Assembly: GCA_030264375.1 (NCBI GenBank)
Contig: JASCQW010000122.1
Span: 27,292,690-27,356,689, forward strand
Length of the DNA stretch: 64,000 bases
Reading direction: 5' to 3'
DNA from: Carcharhinus longimanus
Taxonomy: Eukaryota
Shown: one piece after another, positions 53,866-64,000 of the stretch
Position numbering within the stretch: the first letter of the stretch is position 1
Layout of the letters: every line of letters starts with the position of its first letter
The notes under the pieces: model-generated
Databases searched by the model: none
What the model was told of the DNA's origin: nothing
The model's input: only the letters and a program-made list of their open reading frames with translations
Program-made: the position numbers and the translations under genes

Positions 53866-54924
53866 AAGTTTCTGCTAGATTGCACTATTTGTTTTAGTGC
53901 AATGCTTCTGAAATCAGCCCAAAAAGGTCGCAGAATTTCAAACTCAAATTATTTGCAGTGTAAGTTGAGTTTCTGCAAACCTGGATGTTTTATGAAAATA
54001 TGAATTGGGATCAAGACTAGGCCATTTGGCCCCTTGAACCTGCTTTGCCATTTGATAATTTCATGGCAGATTTGATTGTGGCCTCAATTCCCCGTTCTTC
54101 CCTACTCCATATCCTTTGATTTCTTTGTCAATCAAGAATCTATCTATGTGAAAATATGAATTAACAGCAGGAGGAGGCCATTCGGTCTCTCAAGCTTGCC
54201 TTGCTATTTGATAAGATCATGGCTGACTTGATAAACATTGTACTATAAACTGGCTATGCCCACAAAACTAACTTTGCAATTTTCCATGAGTTGTGCCCAT
54301 TTGCATGCCTTTGAGAAGCTTCCAATTTAACCTGGTTCTTTTGTGTGCAGGAACAGAAATGCGCACAGTTTAAGAACTTTTGACCGTAATTTTTATTTTA
54401 ATTTACTAAGAAACTGTCAATACCAAATAAATTGTCTTGCATTGTTTTTAAAGTTATTTTCAATTATTTAAAAGCTAATTTCCCACAAATGGATTAGACA
54501 TTCTTATTAAAAATGCTGTTTTTATAATAAACCCATTGTCAGTTGTGTTAATAAAACTGCATTAAGTTACCATTTTCACATTTATCATGGAACTTTTTTG
54601 AAAGTTAAATTTAAGAAAATTATATTCCGGAATCACTGCCTGATCGTATTGGTACTTGACAAATATTTTGCCAACAATAATGCAAATGAGTGTTGAGGTG
54701 AAACTTGACAGAAAAGTCCTTCTGAAAACCACAGTTTGGGCTTAGATTGCCGATTGGGGATCATAGTGGAAACTCGACCCCTGTTTCATTGCTTGAGCTG
54801 AAAACTTGCCTGTCAGAAGAGGTAGACAAAAATGTTTCGGCTATCATGAGGATTAATCACCTGAAACGATGCAAAAGACTTGAAACACAGCCTGTTGTGT
54901 TAAATGTTAAGAACAGCAACTTCA

Positions 54925-55175
54925 GTGGCACAGTGGTTAGCACTCTCAGCGCTAGGGACCCAGGTTCGATTCCCAGCTTGGATCACTGTCTGTGTGGAGT
55001 TTGCATGTTCTCCCCATATCTGCATGGATTTCTTCCGTGTGCTCCGGTTTCCTCCTGCGGGTTGAAAGATGCGTTGGTTTGATGCATTGACCCGAACAGG
55101 TGCCAGAGTGTGGCAACTAGGGGAATTTCACAGTAACTTCATTGCAGTGTTACTTGTGACTAATAAGTAAACTTT
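54925..55175 (+). mobile_element. tRNA-derived SINE
   Basis: gtggcacagtggttagcac...gggacccaggttcgattccc...cttgtgactaataa; same family as 37276. Confidence 0.85.
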
Positions 55176-55775
55176 ACTCCTGATGTTAATGGTCTGTAAG
55201 ATTAGATTTGGGAAGATAGTGGGTAGGGAATTGGGTAGTGATAGACGAACTTCCCAAATAGCTTCAGAGCAGACAATATAGGCATTACTGTGTTCTTTAA
55301 ATTCTCAGGATGTGCATGCCATTAAAATGATTGCTCATTCCTAGTTACATTATTAGTGGTATTAGGTACTTTTGTTAGTTTATAAGCGATGATGTTGCAA
55401 CATCTGTTACACACAGATTTTCATTACTACTATAGTGTAGTAGTTAGTCAGAAATGGAAAGAAGCAAGATTGGTAATTAAGTATTTGGTTTACTTTGAAA
55501 CATACCAAACTTGTTGATTTAAAATTTAAATCTATGAAAAATGTTGATTTGTGGTACTGTTTTAAAACACTGTTGGTCTGGGGTACTTGCATCTAAATGA
55601 AGGTTCATATGAATGTCAAGAGTTTATATAACATTGACTTTTTGATAAATGATTTAAAATATTACCTTTTGGTGAATTTTGCATGAAGCCAACAGATCTC
55701 ATTTGGCAAAGTATAGAAAATATTTCATTTTTAAAGATGCAAATGACAGTAAACTTTTTTGATATTTAAATATAG

Positions 55776-55996
55776 GTGGCTCTGATGGATTTGTGAATAT
55801 CTGGGATCCCTTCAATAAGAAAAGGTTGTGTCAGTTCCACCGATACCCAACCAGTATTGCATCGCTTGCCTTCAGCAATGATGGCTCTGCAATTGCAATA
55901 GCATCATCATACATGTATGAGAAAGGTGAAATTGAACACCCTGAAGACAGTATCTATATTCGACAAGTGACAGATGCGGAAACAAAGCCCAAGTGA
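55776..55996 (+). CDS. BUB3: BUB3 coding exon 6 (donor at 55993, or read-through stop TGA at 55994-55996)
   Basis: atag|; GSDGFVNIWDPFNKKRLCQFHRYPTSIASLAFSNDGS...IRQVTDAETKPK; AA|gtgagt. The unspliced form gives a 324-aa protein. Confidence 0.93.
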
Positions 55997-56702
55997 GTTT
56001 CTCAGCAGCTGGGTTTTATCCTTTCCATCATTTATCCAAACATTTATTAATTTTCCTAATTTCATGAAAGAAATTATTGATGTTGAGTAGATAACACAGC
56101 TCCCAGCAGAGGCAGTATTGATTTTATCTTGTTCTCCCAAGCTTTCAATATCCGTTGGATGATAGGCGTCACATTGATAAAAATGTGCCTACTTGTTTTC
56201 TGAGGCAGCATGTCAAATAGTGTCATTCTTTTTTCTCTACAGTGGAGCTTGGATTGGTGATTGGTCCTTTACATTAGAACTATTTTCCCAAAATAGAATT
56301 TTTTTATTTTTTCTATGTAACAATATTTGATTATGCAAAGACATAAATGCATTTTGAGACTACTTGTGCAAACTGCAAAAAGTCATGAATTTGCTTCTTA
56401 TGTTATAAATTGCTGCTAATATGGTAGGGTTGTATGAAATATTTAATCGGCTTAGATATACAACTTAACGCAAGTGAGTAGTTCAGTTAACTTCCCATCT
56501 AAATTGGTGTTAGCTGAAGATCGTGGAGAGAGCTCATGGCTATCTAACATCAGCAAAGGATTTTTTAATCAGTATTTGTAAATAACCAATTTCTACTTGT
56601 TTGTTAAACTTACGATTTGTTTTCCATTGAAGTTCAATTGTAATCATTGTCAAATACATTTAAATGTTTTGAAACTTTGTTGAAGGTTTTTGTTATAAAT
56701 TC

Positions 56703-56720
56703 AATAAAGGTATTAATAAA
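56703..56720 (+). terminator. BUB3 tandem polyadenylation signals
   Basis: AATAAA at 56703-56708 and 56715-56720, followed by a U/GU-rich tract (gattttgttttttttttgg). Confidence 0.75.
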
Positions 56721-57410
56721 AACTGATTTTGTTTTTTTTTTGGTCAGTCAAGTACCTGCAGCTCCTGTGATGTGTTATATGGTGAGTTTTGAGGCTTCAG
56801 GTTCAAATTCCAGTTTGTGCAGATTTCAGCTGGGACAAACTGTTAGGGAGATGAAAATTGGATGGGAATTTTGTTGACTACTCTCTGCTGCTGGAAAGTG
56901 CACAAGTATGTGGTCCCTTCTGATAATTGCAGTTATGGCTCTTGTGAAGAATGGTTAATTGGGCCAATATCCATTAGTGACATCCANNNNNNNNNNNNNN
57001 NNNNNNNNNNNNNNNNNNNNNNNNNNNNNNNNNNNNNNNNNNNNNNNNNNNNNNNNNNNNNNNNNNNNNNNNNNNNNNNNNNNNNNNNNNNNNNNNNNNN
57101 NNNNNNNNNNNNNNNNNNNNNNNNNNNNNNNNNNNNNNNNNNNNNNNNNNNNNNNNNNNNNNNNNNNNNNNNNNNNNNNNNNNNNNNNNNNNNNNNNNNN
57201 NNNNNNNNNNNNNNNNNNNNNNNNNNNNNNNNNNNNNNNNNNNNNNNNNNNNNNNNNNNNNNNNNNNNNNNNNNNNNNNNNNNNNNNNNNNNNNNNNNNN
57301 NNNNNNNNNNNNNNNNNNNNNNNNNNNNNNNNNNNNNNNNNNNNNNNNNNNNNNNNNNNNNNNNNNNNNNNNNNNNNNNNNNNNNNNNNNNNNNNNNNNN
57401 NNNNNNNNNN

Positions 57411-58590
57411 CTCCCAGTCCAGGCAACATCCTTGTAAATCTCCTCTGTACCCTCTCAATAGCTTCTACATCTTTCCTATAGTGAGGCAACCAGAACTGCG
57501 CACAATACTCTAAATGAGGCCTGACAAGGGTCTTATAAAGTTGCAGCATTACCTCCCTGAAGTTACTGTGAAATTTCCCCTCTGTGGACCGTATCCTTCT
57601 AATCCCAAGTATCTGTCAATATGCCTCTTAAATGTTGCTATGTATCTGCTTTTACCACTCTTTTCAGGCAGTGCTTTCCAGAAACTTGCCACCCTTTTTA
57701 AAAAAAACTTGTTTCTCACACCTCTAAACTTAATTGACATTTATCAGGTCATCCCTCAGTCTCTGATGTTGAAGTGAAAACAAACCAAGTTTGTCCAATT
57801 TCCCCTCATAGCTAGTACATTCCAAACCAGGTAACATCCTGGTAAATGTTTTCAGTACCCCTCTCCAAAGCTTCCACGATATTTCTGGTAGTGTGGTGAC
57901 CACAATTGTATGCAATATTCCAAATGTGGCCTAACTAAAATTCTCTGCAGCTGCAACATGACTTGCCAATTTTTATACTATATACCCTGACCACTGAAGG
58001 CAAGCATGCCATATGCCTTCTTGACCACCTTATCCACTTGTGTTGCCCCTTTCAGAGAACTGTATGCCTAAATCCCTCTGTTAATGCCTCTAAGGGTTCT
58101 GCCACTTATGGTATACTTTCCTCCTACATTAGACTTTCTGAAATGCATAATCTTGCATTTGTCTGGATTAAACTCCATCTGCCATCTATCCACCTAAGTG
58201 TCCAGCTTGTCTGTCTATCTATCAATCCTTCTCACTACTTGCAGCTCCCCCAATCTTTGTCGGCCAAAACTTACTAATCAGACCATCTACATTTTCTTTA
58301 AATTTTACAAACAACAGGGGTTCCAGCACTGATCCCTGTGGAACACCACTGATCACAGAACTCCTGTCAGAAAAACACCTTCCCAACACTACCGTCTTCA
58401 TCTTACCAACTCACTATGGATCTCGTGACCTTGAATCAGCCTGCCATGAGGAACCTTGTCAAAGGCCTTGTTAAAAGTCCATGTAGACAACACCCACCAT
58501 CCTACCGTCATCAATCAGCTTTGTCATTTCCTCAAACTCAAATCAAGTTTGTGAGAGACAATCTCACCTGCACAAAGCCATGCTGCCTTT
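57411..58590 (-). mobile_element. CR1 LINE fragments (two nested or adjacent copies)
   Basis: Minus ORFs LQLYKTLVRPHLEYCAQFWLPHYRKDVEAIERVQRRFTRMLPGL and FFLKRVASFWKALP; RT 'ggaacaccact' motif. Confidence 0.92.
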
Positions 58591-61386
58591 TGCCTATTTT
58601 CTGTATAATGAAAACAAATACATGTTTAAACATGTATTTATTACTTTCTTCTGTTTACTGTGAAATTTGTTGCAGTGCTGAGCAACAATTCTGTCAAATC
58701 ATGTAAGTATTTTTTTTGACAAACGCAGCATATCATAGTTAATGTCCACTGTGGCTTGGTACTTTGTTCATTATTGTTGAAAATCTAGCTTCACATTAAG
58801 TTGTACTAAATGAGACCATCACTTCCATGTTGCAGAAAAGGTACTCATCTGTGTTCACACCCCAGTCTCTCCATTGACATTTTTCTAAACTTCGTTCTGA
58901 AGGAGCTATCTTGTTGAAATGTCAGTGAACCCTTTGAAGAAAGTTGGGACAGAGAGTGCCAGTTTAATTTCAGTATTTTCACTATAGAGATTTATAGAAG
59001 CTTGTTCTGTTGAGTTCTGGAAAATGAATATTGCTGAATATGAATACAAGTTGTTGAGTGATGGGGAAGCCTGGGCAGTCTATTAGTATACTGCCTCAGA
59101 CTAGGGAATACCCAGTAGTTCATTTCCCCAGTTCTAATGTACCTATCCTTATCCCTGTCTTTAGTATGTGTGTGTCCTTGACAAGATCAGCATTTTTGTA
59201 CATTCCTAATTGCTCTTGAACTCAGCAATTTCAGAGGGCAATTGAGAGCTGACCAATGTGTCAGGAGTCACAGGCCAAACTAGGTAAATATTTCCTTCCC
59301 CAAAGGACGTTAGTGAACCAGTTGGGTTTTTATGACGATCAAGAACAGTTTCATGGTCGCCATTGCAGACGAAGGACACGGTCAGTCAGGGGAGACTTCA
59401 GCCTAAGTGAGACCAAGTGCATATATTTGGGAATTTGGTTCAAAGTGGAAATTTGATACGTGGGAAGAAGTGCTTTGGGTAAAGTTTACTGTGAAAATTG
59501 TGACTTAGGATCAGAGTGCCGGGAGATGGGTAATTAAGGGAATTAGGGAAGGAAGAGAAAGGGGTGCTTTTTGTTTTCTATCTTTCTAGCCTTCAGGAAG
59601 GGGTCTTATTCTGCTACAGGAGAAGCTACTTATTTGGTGAGTATCTGGTAAATGACTATGGTTTATTCTACTCTTAAGGTTCAAAGTAGTATAGCAACTG
59701 GTGGTAAGGTTAATAAAATATATTAGAACAATTGAATAAAATAATGAAATTGTTAATTCAAACACATGTTTGCAGTAAGTATTTTGTATTTGAGCAACTT
59801 TTGATTCAGAGTTTGAGCTGGAGGCTGAACTATGGACATGAGAATGCATGAGGAAGTGTGGGAGGTTGGGGGGGGGAGAGTAGTTACCTGGTTTCTTTGT
59901 ACCAGGTAGTAGTCTTATCTCTTAGGACAGGTCTTCTGATTTGGTCAAGACAGGAGAATGTCACTGTGTGAGAGGCAGGAGCATGAGAGCCTCAGCCTTC
60001 ATAATTGTTGGTTTGAGGTTTCTTAAGCTTGTTCTCGTATCCTCACCTATGTCCCTCGAGTGCACATCGTTGCTGAGTGCTCATCTCCAAAATCCCCATT
60101 GGAGGTAAAGGTACTAAATTTCACACTTATGAAACCAAGTGACCACCCTGATCATCCTTCTATTGATCTCTCCTCAAATCCCCTCATGATGATTAGACTG
60201 TGAATCAACTGGCCTCCTGGGACTCTGGCTTTCATATGAGTGCTTCCCCAAACTCCACACTCAGACATGTCTTAAGAACAGTGGACAACCTAGGCTTGTG
60301 AGTGGGCTACATGAATAGCTCTCCATCTCAGTGGGCCACAAGATTCAAACATGTTTGTTCACTAACCGTGACCCCTTAAATATGATACATTTAATACAAG
60401 CTGAATATTTCATAATGGATATGCTATTTCATTTATATATTAATTGAACTATCATCAACTTTAAATGGTTAAAATCAAAATATTTACATTTTGGAAGCAG
60501 AGCTCTCACTGAAATCCTGGATTTTTGGTGTGGATTTTTGCACTTGGCTGTAAGTGAGACTTGCCCCAGAACCATGTACCTCTGAGGCAATTTGATCATG
60601 GCTGACGTTCGATAAACAGATTAGACTGAAAATCCTGCTGGTTAATTTCAGTTTATGAAACTGATGAGAATTCTCTTTGTTAAAGAGCTTTCAAAGAAAC
60701 AACATAAATTTGACTTGGTATCAGTGCTGTGTCTATACATTTTATTCACAGGAATGGTGTGAGGAGATGTATGTGATACCTAGTAACAGTAACCAGCCCA
60801 ATCGTATAACATTTATTAAAAGCCATTTATTGCAATAAAGAAAATACACATATACGATCAGGACTATAATGATCGAAGACAGTTACATACAAACACTAAA
60901 CATATGTTAAGTGGAAATTGCCCTTTTTGTTCCAAAGGACATTTACATTTACATGAATTCTTTAAGGAATTCCCTCTTCTCAAACAATGTCCAATTCAAT
61001 AGATCAATAAATAAAGGCCAGCTTATAGTTTCCACACTGTATACAATTGACGAGTTACTCTGGAGAACATCACTTCTTGGTTCAATGAAGATATGGTTTT
61101 AACTGTCTTCACAAAGGTTTCTGCACTCTTGCTTCTGGTCTGCTAGCTGGAACCAGTTTACAGGCTGCTAGTAGGAAAATCTACCCCTCAGGCAGTTATA
61201 TGGAATCTGCCCCCTGCTTTCATAGAAATGTTGCCAATTATATCATTGTTTCCCTTTGAAGATTGTGTCCATATGTTTGACTGTCTGTTCCCTCAGCTTC
61301 TGTTCTAAAAAAAATCTAATGTATGTCATCCCTGGATAGTGCAATCATCTACCCAAAGTGTTTCTTGTTAGCAGAATGATATACTC

Positions 61387-61495
61387 CCACCAAAAGAGAA
61401 AATGCTGGAAAATCTCAGCAGGTCTTCACCATCTATAAGGAGAGAAAAGGTCTGATGTTTCGAATCCAGATGACCCTTTGTCAAAGCTTTATCAA
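61387..61495 (-). mobile_element. Short Penelope-like insert with 14-bp TSD and degenerate hammerhead motif
   Basis: AGAATGATATACTC at 61373-61386 and 61496-61509; minus strand ctttgacaaagggtcatctggattcgaaacatcaga. Confidence 0.7.
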
Positions 61496-62223
61496 AGAAT
61501 GATATACTCTTTTGGTCTGTCTGCACTGCTAATCTCGTTACTTAGATCTTTTAAAATGCTGGTGGCTTTTAATCTGCTAGCACATTCATGACAGTGCATG
61601 GTCAAAGATGATGCACCTGGCTGCCCAGCTCTTTAATGGTACCTGGAAAAGTAGACTTTCCCTGGGCTTAGGTTGCTTCCCGCTGAGCTCCAACCAATCA
61701 AGGTAGTCCTAATTGGACACGTTTACCTGTGTTCTCTGCTGGTAAACTGTACTGTTTTAGTTTGCAAATACAGGCAAGTAATTGTCTGCAGACTTGTGAA
61801 TTCTCTGAACCTTTGCTGTTGCCAATTTGCAGCTAGGTTTTCTGTACTTGGATAACTGGACTGTGTACCTGTTTGGATTGTGTTGGAGGGAGTGCATTTT
61901 TTATCACTGGAACAGGAAATGCTCCTGTAAACTTTCCATTTGCTTGATTTACAGATTAAACATGCTGAATTGCTACTTGTTACAGTATTTAATTGTTTAC
62001 ATGTTTTTGAGGATCTATTTTCCATTTAAAAAGTAACTAGTGCCAATTGTAGTTGCATATTGTCATTCCCTATATCCAGAATAAAATGTAAATAGGGATT
62101 GACATATCTTCAAGATGGAAATGATTGCTTTGTCTTGAGCTATATATACACAAATATTCTGGGTTAGTTAGAGATCCAAGCTGTGAAGTGATTGCACTTT
62201 CTTGTAGTTTCGTAAGATCACAG

Positions 62224-62523
62224 GGAGGCATAGTGGCACAGTGTTCAGCACTGCTGCCTCACAGCACCGAGAACCCAGGTTCGATTCCTGGCTTGAGTCA
62301 CTCTCTGTGCGGAGTCTGCATGTTCTTCTCAGCTCTGCATGGGTTTCCTCTGGGTACTCCAGTTTCCTTCCAGTCTGAAAGATGTACTGGTTAGGTGTAT
62401 TGACCATACTAAATTCTCCCACAGTGTGCCCGAGCAGGTGCTGGAATGTGGCAACTGGGGGATTTTCACAGTAACTTTATTGCAATGTTAATGTAAGCCT
62501 ACTTGTGACACTAATAAATAAAT
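62224..62523 (+). mobile_element. tRNA-derived SINE, near full length
   Basis: ggcatagtggcacagtgttcagcactgctgcctcacagc...ggttcgattcc...gtaagcctacttgtgacactaataaataaata. Confidence 0.88.
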
Positions 62524-63579
62524 AACAGCCCCAGGGAACAAAATCTATAGAGAGCTGAATGATTACTTCAAATATATATGTTTGGATCTGCTTGTGTAAA
62601 GAAAAATGATACCTTGGACTGTATTGGTTTTACAGAGGGCTGATAAATTCATCCACAAGTAGAAAGTTTCCATCGTCTTGTATGTACCCGAATGTGGCCT
62701 ATCTAACTTTATTGAATTATGTTTAAGCTACGCAGAGCTATGGATCGTGACCTGCAACCAAAGTATGGTACTCTAGTGGAATTATGGTTGAATAAGCTAA
62801 GAGCCCCAGGAGCTAGATGACTAATGTATGGGCCAAAATAATACAATCAATGTGGGTTTAATAACTTCAGTAAGAATGGGAAGGCATTGACCTGCCTTCT
62901 TGCCCTGCCCATGAAAATGGAAAGCAATGGCAAATCACCAGTGGCAAATACTGCCACTGGATGAAGCATTAACACACAAAGTGCCAAGGACGTGTCTTCA
63001 GGAAGAGTGCACATAAATGAGCATGAATCGTTGGGACAACAAGACATGGAACTTACAGTGGGAATGGTCCTGGAGACGCTTAGTAGTCCTGCATGAGAGA
63101 ACAAATATAGGTGAACAAATAAATGCGAGTATGGGAAGGTATAAATTGGAGACAATATTCAACAGGATCCCATGAGATGATAATACATGGGATTAATGCA
63201 GGGTCCTCTTGCCCTATGGAATAAATTAGGTGAGGGGGAATGTCTCCTCTAGGAACCTAGTGTCAAAGCTCAGCCCCTCAAGAAAGTCAACGATCAATTG
63301 TGATCAAAGGCACTATTGCAACACATTTGTAATTCAGAAATGAAGTTAGTATAAAAATGTAACTTCAAATAGAAAATGCATAATTCTCTTGAGTTAGTGT
63401 CCACGTCGAGAATGGAGATTTTTACCAGTGTCTATTTGGGATGTGATGGAGTGAAGTAAACAGGAGGTTGATCAGTGGAATACAATCTGTTGAATGCCTT
63501 AAGTGTGCATGTACTAGAGTAGTAATGCATTTCTAGCAGGTTTTACTATATACAGTACACTTATTGGCATTCTTTACAG

Positions 63580-63925
63580 ATGTCGCTAACGTTATGCAGG
63601 TGTTGATTGGCCATCCCTAATTGAACCATTTCATAAGGCATGTGAAGATACAAACACATTGCTGTGGGTCTGGAGTCACATGTAGGCCAGACCAGGTAAG
63701 AGCAGCAAATTTCCTTCCCTAAATGTCATTAGTGAACCAAATGGGTTTTATGACAATCAACAATGGTTTCATGGACTTTAGACTTTTAATTCCAGACCTT
63801 TGTTTTCATTGAATTCAAATTTCACCATCTTCCATGGTTGGGTTCAAACCGAGTTCCCAGAACATTATTCTGGATCTCTGGATTACTAGTTCTTTGACAG
63901 TACCACTACACCACCACCCCTTGTT
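63580..63925 (-). mobile_element. SINE (same family as 53560)
   Basis: Reverse complement begins ggtggtgtagtggtactgtcaaagaactagtaatccagag...ctcggtttgaaccc. Confidence 0.7.
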
Positions 63926-64000
63926 GCCATTAAAGGAACTTTCTTCATGATGTTCTTCTGCCGCAGTATACAGAAGTTGATGACGTATGATGGGTTTGTT

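Noticed and set aside
56862-57549. Long ORFs spanning the N-run
   Set aside because: Artefacts of translating Ns; the flank is CR1.

Overview
Vertebrate genomic DNA, most likely a cartilaginous fish (shark-type SINE, CR1 and Penelope repeats), from a gapped draft assembly. It carries the conserved HMX3-HMX2-BUB3 block, all on the + strand. HMX2 (2 exons, 268 aa) and BUB3 (non-coding exon 1 plus six coding exons with canonical GT/AG sites) are intact. HMX3 is interrupted inside its homeobox: after a 100-N gap comes about 1.1 kb of an NKX1 (NKX1-1/SAX2-like) intron end and homeobox exon, which then runs in frame into the HMX3 C-terminus. Both switch points share an identical 28-nt helix-3 sequence, so a misassembly is the most likely explanation. 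If the insert is real, it gives a splice-compatible NKX1/HMX3 chimeric homeobox exon. The HMX half (about 1.2-28.5 kb) is almost free of transposons, keeps its CpGs and is dense in candidate enhancers. The BUB3 introns and downstream DNA are CpG-depleted and full of CR1 LINEs, tRNA-derived SINEs, a putative solo LTR and short Penelope-like inserts carrying minimal hammerhead-ribozyme motifs and target-site duplications. A 250-bp inverted duplication lies near the start of the window.
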